DNA of 40,222 nucleotides from a virus (Duplodnaviria; Heunggongvirae; Uroviricota; Caudoviricetes): IMG/VR virus record IMGVR_UViG_2778261638_000008; one strand, 5' to 3'. Shown piece by piece: positions 28,756 to 36,743 of this stretch (position 1 is its first letter; each line of letters starts with the position of its first letter). The notes under the pieces were generated by a model. It saw only the letters and a program-made list of their open reading frames with translations, ran no database searches and was not told where the DNA came from. The position numbers and the translations under genes were made by a program.

Positions 28756-28836
28756 GGGGTGGGGTGAAGATCAGTCCATTGAGTCAATCCGAAGTTCAGC
28801 ATCTACCACTACACCACCACCAAAGAGAACTGCTAA

Positions 28837-29361
28837 TCATCTGGCAGGTTGTAACGGTGCAGGAATTTTGCCACTGACTTCTATATTTCGGGGAAATTTA
28901 TATTCAGCGGAGCATTTATGACACTTGAGAATTTTATAAGCGGCATTAGAAGTATGGTATTGAAGTATAGACTTCATACCCGACTCATAGCATGTAGTAC
29001 AAAGATAATGAGGCTTGAACTCAGGATCGTCAGTAGGCTTCAGTACATAGACCACCGTATTGGTAATCGGGTGGTACATTTCATAGTTCATTTTCTCACT
29101 ATCCCAATCCTGTTTCTTTTCCAGAAGGGATTCGAGTTCAACAATGCGCTGTTTAGCTTCGTTCAAAAGCTCCGTTAGTGCGAATTGTCCAGTACGCGCA
29201 TCAATTAGTTTATCAAGTAGATCGATAGTTTTACTTTTAACATTGTAATCCACCTGCAACGCATTAACTTCTTTTGCTAAATCAACAGCACCTTTCAAAG
29301 CACCACCAGCACTAGTGGCCGCCTCAGTTATACGCCGTACAAGTCCTTTTTCTTCAGACAT
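28837..29361 (-). CDS. Hypothetical 174-aa protein: N-terminal coiled coil plus C-terminal CxxC...CxxC zinc-ribbon; immunity-region moron
   Basis: AT-rich; opposite strand to cI and the early-left operon; C terminus has C-x2-C ... C-x2-C (LCTTCYESG ... CHKCSAEY). Confidence 0.6.
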   Translation of the reverse strand: MSEEKGLVRRITEAATSAGGALKGAVDLAKEVNALQVDYNVKSKTIDLLDKLIDARTGQFALTELLNEAKQRIVELESLLEKKQDWDSEKMNYEMYHPITNTVVYVLKPTDDPEFKPHYLCTTCYESGMKSILQYHTSNAAYKILKCHKCSAEYKFPRNIEVSGKIPAPLQPAR

Positions 29362-29500
29362 CTTAATTCTCTCTAAAACTATAGGGGTAAAGAGATATTA
29401 GCCGAATTCTCGCTGTAGGGGTACAGAGAGAGCCATCTCGTCTGACGTGGTTAAAAGCAGGCATTCGCTGACATCCATGTAATTGCTGTGTGTAGCCTTT

Positions 29501-29527
29501 GCCCGCCTCAAGTGACGGGCTTTTTTA
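29501..29527 (+). terminator. Rho-independent terminator in early-left leader
   Basis: GCCCG-N10-CGGGC hairpin followed by UUUUUUAUG on plus strand, upstream of first early-left ORFs. Confidence 0.55.
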
Positions 29528-29564
29528 TGTCTGAAAGCGCACTCGCAACAGCGCACTCCCCGAT

Positions 29565-29735
29565 ATGAAAAAAGGAATACAACCGATGAAACCTGAACAC
29601 ATCCATCGACTGACGGGGCGCGATGTTCTCCGTTATCGCCGTAAAAACTTCGATTTGATGACCGGTCTGGCCGTTGCCACTGCGCTCGGTCTGATCATCA
29701 CTTTCATTCTCCTTGTAGCGAGGACCACAGTATGA
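29565..29735 (+). CDS. Small membrane protein (56 aa), first ORF of early-left operon
   Basis: Not in ORF track (below 60 aa). Basic N-terminal half (RLTGRDVLRYRRKNF) and hydrophobic C-terminal helix; stop overlaps ATG of next gene (ATGA). Confidence 0.35.
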   Translation: MKKGIQPMKPEHIHRLTGRDVLRYRRKNFDLMTGLAVATALGLIITFILLVARTTV

Positions 29736-30634
29736 GTTTAGAAACCAGTCTCGAACTTAATAATCAACTTCTGGCACAACATAATGCGCTGCTTGAACGT
29801 CTTATCCGCACAATGGCATCAGGTATTGTTATGCATCCTGACACGATTTCACGGGTGCAGGAATGTCGGGATACAGCAACTGAAACTGAAAATATGTCAG
29901 CGGCAATGACACTGGATGATCTGGAGTTCAGCGACGTTATCGCACTGGCTGGTTTCTACCCGGTAGCCACCCCTATCACAGAAGACATGCTGCAACGTGC
30001 TGTTGCCTACCGTGATGCTGAAGGCGATAAACGAGTAGTTCAGATTGATGCTCTCGACAGCGCATTGCAGGGCGTCAAACGAGCCAGGGCGCTGCTTAAA
30101 CCTGCTCTCCTGGACCTGTCCCGTAACATCCTTAAGTTCTGGGACGACCTGCCAACCATCGGCGAGCGACGTGCTTTTGCCGAGCAGCTACTTGATGCCC
30201 CTGCGGATGGGCGTGATGAAGTTAAGCCGAAAAAGGCCAGTAACAAAGATGGAGAACGCACGGGGCCGTTTTACGTCAAAAATGTATCCGGCACAGCAGC
30301 CAGTGAACTCCACACCTTACGCAAGTTGAACGAGATGCTGAAAAAAGGCCATATCGAGATAAACCGTGTTGAGTACCTTCAGCTGCAGGAAGAATTTGCA
30401 CGCAGAGACGCAGCAAATTCCAGCCAGAATAATGACGCCAAAGATGACCATACAATTGATTTCGCGGCACTACGCAAACAAGCTGAAGGGTTGATCCTCC
30501 AGTTAGCAAAAGGGGGTTACCGGGCAGAAGCTATTGCAATTCTGGAAAAACAGGGAGCCAGGAAACTTGGTGAAGTAACGGATGAAAATCTCGCTGAAGT
30601 AATCACCCTGGCTGAAAAAGCACTGGAGGGTTAA
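29732..30634 (+). CDS. Hypothetical early protein (300 aa)
   Basis: Long ORF translationally coupled to the following nuclease gene; no recognisable motif. Confidence 0.55.
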   Translation: MSLETSLELNNQLLAQHNALLERLIRTMASGIVMHPDTISRVQECRDTATETENMSAAMTLDDLEFSDVIALAGFYPVATPITEDMLQRAVAYRDAEGDKRVVQIDALDSALQGVKRARALLKPALLDLSRNILKFWDDLPTIGERRAFAEQLLDAPADGRDEVKPKKASNKDGERTGPFYVKNVSGTAASELHTLRKLNEMLKKGHIEINRVEYLQLQEEFARRDAANSSQNNDAKDDHTIDFAALRKQAEGLILQLAKGGYRAEAIAILEKQGARKLGEVTDENLAEVITLAEKALEG

Positions 30635-30636
30635 TC

Positions 30637-31938
30637 ATGCCAGACGTTCACGCACAACTTTCTCCATCATCAGCGCATCGATGGATGCGCTGCCCAGGAA
30701 GTCTGGCGCTGGAGGCCACACAACCGGATAAAGAAACAACTTTTGCAATCGAGGGCACTGCAGCGCACGCGCTTGCTGAAAAAGTTCTACGAAACAGGCA
30801 AAGCCACCCGGAACACTACGCCGGATGCAATGTTTCTATGTTTCTCGGCTCATACCCCCTTCGCGAAAATCCTGATGATACATCTGGCCCACAGGTGGAT
30901 GATGAAATGGTCGAAGCCGTCGGCCGGTATGTTGATACGGTCTGGACTCTTGCAAAGAATAATGAACTATTGGTTGAACAACGTGTTGATTTCTCACATA
31001 TAACGGGTGTGGAAGAATCTTTCGGAACTGCCGACAGCATAATCATTGCTGGTAGCGAATTACAAATCCACGACCTGAAATATGGCAAAGGCGTCCGCAT
31101 TGATGCAGAACAAAATGAGCAACTACAACTGTATGCTCTGGGTGCGCTCGAACAATTCAGCATGCTGTATGACTTTGAGACTGTAAGATTATTTATTCAC
31201 CAGCCAAGGCTCAACCACGTTTCAGAATGGTCGTTAACCGTGCAGGAACTTCAGTCTTTCGGTAAGCGAGCACAGGAGGCCGCAACCAGTGCGATCCTTG
31301 TTCTCAATATTGCTGAATGCGAAGGCATTGAGACACTACCGCTGGAAAACTTCATACCTGGAGAAAAACAGTGCCGCTTCTGTAAAGCAAAAGCTATTTG
31401 CACTGCCCAGAAAATGCAGCATTTACAAACAGCGGCCAGCGATTTTGAAGATCTGACAAAGCCTGTCAGCGAAATAATCACCAATGCCAGCGCACGTGTA
31501 CCTCTGTTAACCATTGAGCAGCTTGCGGAGATCTATAGCCAGGCCGACTTTATTGAATCCTGGCTAAAGGCAGTACGAGACCGGGTTCACAATGAACTCA
31601 ATGCCGGACATCCGGTACCGGGGTTTAAACTGGTAACAGGAAAACAAGGTAACCGGGCCTGGAGTGATGAAGAGGCAGCTCGCGCACTTCTGAAGGACCA
31701 GTTCAGGTACAAAACTGAAGAAGTATTCGACTTTAAACTTATTAGCCCCACAAAAGCCGAAAAACTTATCAAAAAGGCCAGTCCGCGCCGTTGGTCAAAA
31801 GTCGAGGCACTGATAACACGAGCTGATGGTAAACCCACCATCGTTCCCGAGTCAGACCCACGCCCCGCACTCAATATCAACCCTGTAAATGATTTCGACG
31901 ACGTATCCGACGATACGCTAACCGCAGACCTCATCTGA
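30637..31938 (+). CDS. PD-(D/E)XK nuclease, DUF2800-like (Cas4/RecB-like with C-terminal Cys cluster)
   Basis: 433 aa; N-terminal [15 protein letters not shown] signature and [10 protein letters not shown] cysteine cluster. Confidence 0.6.
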   Translation: MPDVHAQLSPSSAHRWMRCPGSLALEATQPDKETTFAIEGTAAHALAEKVLRNRQSHPEHYAGCNVSMFLGSYPLRENPDDTSGPQVDDEMVEAVGRYVDTVWTLAKNNELLVEQRVDFSHITGVEESFGTADSIIIAGSELQIHDLKYGKGVRIDAEQNEQLQLYALGALEQFSMLYDFETVRLFIHQPRLNHVSEWSLTVQELQSFGKRAQEAATSAILVLNIAECEGIETLPLENFIPGEKQCRFCKAKAICTAQKMQHLQTAASDFEDLTKPVSEIITNASARVPLLTIEQLAEIYSQADFIESWLKAVRDRVHNELNAGHPVPGFKLVTGKQGNRAWSDEEAARALLKDQFRYKTEEVFDFKLISPTKAEKLIKKASPRRWSKVEALITRADGKPTIVPESDPRPALNINPVNDFDDVSDDTLTADLI

Positions 31939-31953
31939 TTTAAGGAAATACCC

Positions 31954-32502
31954 ATGAAACTGAAGCTGAACAATGTTCGTCTGGCCTTCCCGTCTCTGTT
32001 TGAAGCTAAAACTGTAAACGGCGAAGGCGATCCGCGTTTCTCCGCAGTATTTTTAATGTCTCCCAAACACCCACAACTGGAAGAAATCCGTAAAGCTATG
32101 AAGCAGGTAGCGAAGGAAAAATGGGGAGAGAAGTGGGAGCCCATTTATAGTCAGCTGGAGAAAAAACTCAATCTGTGCCTGCATGATGGTGATGAAAAAG
32201 CAGAGTATGAAGGCTTTCCCGGCAATTTCTTCCTGAACGCTGCTAACAAAGCGCGCCCAGCTGTTCTTGATCGCGATCGTTCGCCACTAATTCTGGCTGA
32301 TGGACGTCCCTATGCAGGGTGCTATGTAAACGCCGTTATCGATATCTGGGCACAGGACAATAATTTCGGTAAACGCATTAATGCCTCACTCGGCGGAGTC
32401 CAGTTCCTGCGAGACGGCGATGCATTTGCTGGCGGCGGAGTGGCAAGCGCTGACGATTTCGACGATATCAGCGAAGGTGCTGACGCGGGCGAGTTGATTT
32501 AA
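31954..32502 (+). CDS. DUF2815-like phage single-stranded DNA-binding protein
   Basis: 182 aa with acidic C-terminal tail (DDFDDISEGADAGELI) typical of SSB partner-binding tails; follows DUF2800-like gene. Confidence 0.55.
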   Translation: MKLKLNNVRLAFPSLFEAKTVNGEGDPRFSAVFLMSPKHPQLEEIRKAMKQVAKEKWGEKWEPIYSQLEKKLNLCLHDGDEKAEYEGFPGNFFLNAANKARPAVLDRDRSPLILADGRPYAGCYVNAVIDIWAQDNNFGKRINASLGGVQFLRDGDAFAGGGVASADDFDDISEGADAGELI

Positions 32503-32512
32503 GTTCATCGCA

Positions 32513-32552
32513 AACACGCCATTCTAAGTTTATGAGTGGCGTGTTCTTATTA
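32513..32552 (+). terminator. Intrinsic terminator after SSB gene
   Basis: 9-bp stem AACACGCCA / UGGCGUGUU (extendable) followed by CUUAUUAAUU; lies between convergent genes. Confidence 0.6.
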
Positions 32553-32553
32553 A

Positions 32554-33084
32554 TTAGCGAGTGGACTCAACATCGGGGGGCTGCTCCTGCTCTATGGGCT
32601 GTGCCTCCGCTTCTTTTTGCTTTATAAAACTCAGAGCCTGCTCATAAAATTCAGCCGAACGCTTTTCAAGAAAACCATTATATTCGTCCAACTTGAAATA
32701 TTTAAACATCTTAACGGCGATATTATTTTTCAATTCTATTTTCCGCCAAATGGCATGCATTCTTTTAGAGTGAAAATCTCTATTCTTTTCGTAAACAGCA
32801 AATTCTTCGTTACTAACTTCTTTATCACCAATTTTGCAAATAGAGGCCCCGCGGCCAATAGGAAACTCAACGGAAGTGTTTTTTGAGTAAAGGTAGTTAT
32901 AGTGAGCTTTATCACTCTCCATAATCCTTACGTTTTGCCAAAAGGAATGATCAAGAAGGCATTTATTAATAAATTTTATCAATAAAAAATCTCGGGCTAT
33001 TAATGCAAATGGCATTAATACATATACACCTAAAAAACCGAAGCAAGCAGTAATGATAGTAGACAGAGAAACTGTTAGTTCCAT
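32554..33084 (-). CDS. Hypothetical 176-aa membrane-anchored protein (AT-rich moron)
   Basis: Strong SD AGGAG 8 nt upstream of ATG at 33084; N-terminal hydrophobic helix (STIITACFGFLGVYVLMPFALIA); AT-rich; opposite strand to flanking replication genes. Confidence 0.6.
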   Translation of the reverse strand: MELTVSLSTIITACFGFLGVYVLMPFALIARDFLLIKFINKCLLDHSFWQNVRIMESDKAHYNYLYSKNTSVEFPIGRGASICKIGDKEVSNEEFAVYEKNRDFHSKRMHAIWRKIELKNNIAVKMFKYFKLDEYNGFLEKRSAEFYEQALSFIKQKEAEAQPIEQEQPPDVESTR

Positions 33085-33106
33085 TTAATAACTCCTAAGG
33101 TTAAGT

Positions 33107-35170
33107 ATGCATAATATACTATGGGGCGACCTGGAAATCTATTGCGAAATACCTATCACGAATGGTACACACGCTTATGCGGAAGGTGTCGAGGTGATGC
33201 TGTTCGCCTGGGCCATCGGCGACGAGCCGGTTAGCGTCTGGGATCTGACTGCTGGCGAACCTATCCCCGGCAGGCTGCGGAAGGCCATCGCTGACCCTGA
33301 CACTATTCTGTTTTTCCACAATTCACATTTCGACCGCACGGTACTGCGCCATGCAATGCCAGAGCTGGCACCCGATGTCACCCGCTGGCGAGACACAATG
33401 GTGCAGGCGCTGGCGCACGGTCTCCCGGGGTCTCTGGGGGAACTCTGCGAAATACTCGGCGTCCCGCAAGACAAAGCGAAGGACAAAGAAGGTAAAGCGC
33501 TGATCCAGCTGTTCTGTAAGCCCCGCCCGAAAAACAGCAAACTGCGCCGGGCCACCAGCAAAACCCACCCGGAAGAATGGCGGCGCTTTGTTGCTTACGC
33601 CGGACTTGATATCGAGGCAATGCGCGAAGTCTATAAACGTCTGCCGAAGTGGAATTATCAGGGGACAGAACTGGCGCTCTGGCATCGTGATCAGCAGATC
33701 AATGACCGGGGCGTCTGCATGGACGTGGAACTCGCACGCGCTGCGATCGACGCGGTAGACCAGGAACAAAAGCGCCTGGCAAAGCGTACACAGGAAATGA
33801 CTGATGGCGAAGTGCAGGCAGCCACACAACGAGACGCGTTGATTAAGCACATTGTTGAATCCTACGGTGTGGAGCTACCAGACATGCAACGCAGTACTCT
33901 GGAACGTCGTATTGCCGACCCCGATTTACCATCTGCCGTGAAAGAACTGCTGGCTATCCGCCTGCAGGCCAGTACTACCAGCACCAGTAAATACAAGGCA
34001 CTGATGAAAGGCGTAAGCCACGACGGGCGCTTACGCGGTACGCTACAGTTCTGCGGGGCGTCACGTACCGGTCGTTGGGCCGGACGGCTATTCCAGCCCC
34101 AGAACCTTCCCCGCCCTTCACTAAAACAGGAACAAATAGACGAAGGCATCGAAGCACTGAAAGCCGGATGTGCAGACCTGCTGTTTGACAATATCATGGA
34201 ACTAACCAGTTCAGCGTTACGTGGCTGCATTATCGCGCCAACAGGCAAAAAGCTGGTGGTAAGTGACTTGTCGAACATTGAAGGCCGTATGCTGGCATGG
34301 CTGGCGGGAGAAGAATGGAAACTGAATGCATTCAGAGAGTACGACGCCGGAACGGGTCCGGACTTATATAAACTGGCGTATGCAAAAGCTTTCGATATTG
34401 CACCAGATGATGTTGATAAACACATGCGTCAGATCGGTAAAGTCATGGAACTCGGTCTGGGTTATGGTGGTGGTGTGTCGGCCTTCATCACTTTTGCACT
34501 GGTTTACGGTCTCGATCTCGACGAGCTGGCGAACGCCGCACTACCAAACATTCCCCGCAATGTTATCCGCGAGGCGAAAAGCTGGTACGACGAATCGGTT
34601 AAACGCAAGTCAACCTACGGGCTTTCTGAACGGGTATTTATCGCCTGCGACTCACTTAAACGTCTCTGGCGCCGGGCGCATCCCGCGACCTGTGATTTCT
34701 GGTACGATCTGGAGCGCACCGTCCGCACTGCAATCGCCACACCGCAAAAAACATTGTATTGCGGTTATCTTAAAATCCGCCGCGATGGCGCGTGGCTGCG
34801 CATACAGCTACCATCCGGACGCGCTGTATGCTACCCGTCTCCGGTTATCGAAAAAGGGAATATCACCTACATGGGGGTTAACTCTTATTCGCGTAAATGG
34901 CAACGACTCAAAACCTACGGCGGAAAGCTGGTGGAGAACATCACCCAGGCGGCCGCCCGCGACATTCTGGCCGGAAACATGCCGCTTATCGAAGATGCCG
35001 GTTACAGCATTGTGCTGACGGTACACGACGAGGTGATCACCGAAGCACCTGACACAGAAGATTTCAACGATAAAGCGCTTTCCGCACTTCTCTCCACTAA
35101 CCCCGAATGGGCGCCCGATATCCCACTGAACGCTGGCGGTTTTGAGGCGTACCACTACCGTAAGGATTAA
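33107..35170 (+). CDS. Family A DNA polymerase with N-terminal 3-prime to 5-prime exonuclease-like domain
   Basis: 687 aa; Pol A motif A ([14 protein letters not shown]), motif B ([14 protein letters not shown]) and motif C (VHDEV). Confidence 0.85.
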   Translation: MHNILWGDLEIYCEIPITNGTHAYAEGVEVMLFAWAIGDEPVSVWDLTAGEPIPGRLRKAIADPDTILFFHNSHFDRTVLRHAMPELAPDVTRWRDTMVQALAHGLPGSLGELCEILGVPQDKAKDKEGKALIQLFCKPRPKNSKLRRATSKTHPEEWRRFVAYAGLDIEAMREVYKRLPKWNYQGTELALWHRDQQINDRGVCMDVELARAAIDAVDQEQKRLAKRTQEMTDGEVQAATQRDALIKHIVESYGVELPDMQRSTLERRIADPDLPSAVKELLAIRLQASTTSTSKYKALMKGVSHDGRLRGTLQFCGASRTGRWAGRLFQPQNLPRPSLKQEQIDEGIEALKAGCADLLFDNIMELTSSALRGCIIAPTGKKLVVSDLSNIEGRMLAWLAGEEWKLNAFREYDAGTGPDLYKLAYAKAFDIAPDDVDKHMRQIGKVMELGLGYGGGVSAFITFALVYGLDLDELANAALPNIPRNVIREAKSWYDESVKRKSTYGLSERVFIACDSLKRLWRRAHPATCDFWYDLERTVRTAIATPQKTLYCGYLKIRRDGAWLRIQLPSGRAVCYPSPVIEKGNITYMGVNSYSRKWQRLKTYGGKLVENITQAAARDILAGNMPLIEDAGYSIVLTVHDEVITEAPDTEDFNDKALSALLSTNPEWAPDIPLNAGGFEAYHYRKD

Positions 35171-35175
35171 CTCCT

Positions 35176-35391
35176 ATGTCATTTAAATACCGGGACAATC
35201 CACTTTATTACAGGGCTGCAAGGGAAGCTTTGCGACTTGAACAATCCGGCGAATATGACCGGGCAGCGGAGGTCTGGGCAAAAGCCAACCGCGAATCACA
35301 TCACGAACTGAATCAGGAATGGAGTGAACGCAGATCTGATTTTTGCCTGATGCAGAACATGCGTGAAAAGCGTAAGGCGGTCGAAGAATGA
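35176..35391 (+). CDS. Hypothetical small protein (71 aa)
   Basis: ORF coupled to the following gene (ATGA overlap). Confidence 0.45.
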   Translation: MSFKYRDNPLYYRAAREALRLEQSGEYDRAAEVWAKANRESHHELNQEWSERRSDFCLMQNMREKRKAVEE

Positions 35392-35687
35392 TCGTTTACG
35401 TTGCCGGGCCGATGAGCGGTTACGAGCAATTTAACCGCCCGGCCTTTCATTCCGCAGCAAAGAGGCTAACGGACAAGGGATATGTTGTGCTTAACCCCGC
35501 AACTTTACCCAATGGTTTGACACAGGCTCAGTACATGGACATCTGCCTCGCAATGCTTCGCTGTGCCGATACGATTTATATGCTCAAAGAGTGGGAGTAC
35601 TCTGCCGGCGCACGTGCAGAAAACGCGTTGGCAGAGAAACTGGAATTAAATGTGCTTTTTGAAGAGTGGGATTCAGATGGCCTATGA
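35388..35687 (+). CDS. DUF4406-like protein (nucleoside 2-deoxyribosyltransferase-like fold)
   Basis: 99 aa; N terminus MIVYVAGPMSG and KEWEYSAGARAENALAE match remembered DUF4406 pattern. Confidence 0.55.
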   Translation: MIVYVAGPMSGYEQFNRPAFHSAAKRLTDKGYVVLNPATLPNGLTQAQYMDICLAMLRCADTIYMLKEWEYSAGARAENALAEKLELNVLFEEWDSDGL

Positions 35688-35958
35688 ACGTGAAAGCCTT
35701 ATCGAAAAGCACCTCGTCGCTGAAGTGAAAAAAGCTGGCGGAGTGGCCTTTAAGTTTGTATCTCCCGGTCACCGCTCGGTACCGGATCGCATTGTCCTGC
35801 TACCAGGTGGTCGTATCGTTTTCGTTGAATGTAAATCTCCCGGCAAGCCACCACGGCCTGACCAGTTGCGCGAACATGAACGTCTGCGAAAGCTGGGCTT
35901 TACCGTGGTGGTACTAGATAGCAAAGAGCTGGGGGGAATTATTCCCCCCAATACTTAG
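35677..35958 (+). CDS. VRR-NUC domain nuclease
   Basis: Motif SVPDRIVLLPGGRIVFVECKSPGKPPRPDQ matches VRR-NUC PD-(D/E)XK signature; likely start is ATG at 35677 rather than track start 35650. Confidence 0.65.
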   Translation: MAYERESLIEKHLVAEVKKAGGVAFKFVSPGHRSVPDRIVLLPGGRIVFVECKSPGKPPRPDQLREHERLRKLGFTVVVLDSKELGGIIPPNT

Positions 35959-36102
35959 TTATGGTTTTTTGGGTGGTGGAGCTGGCTGGGAAGTTTGCTT
36001 CGAAGGTTGAAAACCATTATTAGCCAAGTCATTTTTAGGTTGATACCCTTTTTCAATAGGGGTATATCCATCTTCCTTATAACTTCTTTTGGTATCTGAC
36101 AT
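35959..36102 (-). CDS. Micro-ORF (47 aa, Pro/Lys-rich) translationally coupled downstream of the 206-aa membrane protein gene
   Basis: ATG overlaps upstream stop (TGATG); SD-like GGAG about 10 nt upstream; sequence MSDTKRSYKEDGYTPIEKGYQPKNDLANNGFQPSKQTSQPAPPPKKP; not in ORF track. Confidence 0.3.
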   Translation of the reverse strand: MSDTKRSYKEDGYTPIEKGYQPKNDLANNGFQPSKQTSQPAPPPKKP

Positions 36103-36722
36103 CAGTTACTTTCTCCATTATTGCATGTTGGTAGTTCAAAACGGAAAAACTCTAAATTTTCTATATCGTCACCTAAAATTAATATTCCTAATGTTGAAAC
36201 TCGAGGGCGTTCAAATCCCCCATCATCGTTTAGAACCCAATGTTCCTCAAGATAAATTTGCTCTGGCTCTGGTGCACTGGAAGCAAATGAGTTAGCCCCA
36301 AACTTGCCTGCTATTTTTTTACCATTTTTTAGCGTAATAATCATCCAACAGGGGACTTTTAACCCAAAGAAATAATCCCAAGCTCTTCCGGTAGGATGTG
36401 GCATATAATTACATAACCAACGCCAAGTTCGCATCCAAGAGAAAAATATCGTTAACAATATTGGGCTAATGAATAAAATCACCAAGTATAAAGCACAATA
36501 AAGAGCAGGATGTTTGAGATATACACCCTCAGATTCTATAAAATATATAGGAGCAAACCATACTGCATAATTTATGCAACTATAAGAAACAATTTCCACA
36601 ATCGCTTTAGAAGTATCAAAAGCGGTATTAGGATGAATAACACTATAAACTTTCATACTTATAAAACCAGGAATAACGAAAAGCAAAAATATAATAATTT
36701 TACTTTTTTCCCAAATATCCAT
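36102..36722 (-). CDS. Hypothetical 206-aa polytopic membrane protein (AT-rich moron)
   Basis: SD AGGGG 5 nt upstream of ATG; three predicted transmembrane helices in first 95 aa then about 110-aa soluble domain; AT-rich; opposite strand to flanking replication genes. Confidence 0.6.
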   Translation of the reverse strand: MDIWEKSKIIIFLLFVIPGFISMKVYSVIHPNTAFDTSKAIVEIVSYSCINYAVWFAPIYFIESEGVYLKHPALYCALYLVILFISPILLTIFFSWMRTWRWLCNYMPHPTGRAWDYFFGLKVPCWMIITLKNGKKIAGKFGANSFASSAPEPEQIYLEEHWVLNDDGGFERPRVSTLGILILGDDIENLEFFRFELPTCNNGESN

Positions 36723-36743
36723 TTTAACCCCTAATCTCAGAAT

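Noticed and set aside
28540-28760. Retron ncRNA or tRNA in the structured leader
   Set aside because: No reverse transcriptase gene nearby and no tRNA T-loop (GTTCGAATC-like) or cloverleaf could be drawn; antitermination leader or sRNA is more parsimonious.
31587-32144. 185-aa minus-strand ORF
   Set aside because: Antisense across the nuclease/SSB gene junction; Ser-rich low-complexity product.
34326-35018. 230-aa plus-strand ORF in alternative frame
   Set aside because: Overlaps the family A DNA polymerase gene, whose frame carries the conserved motifs A, B and C.
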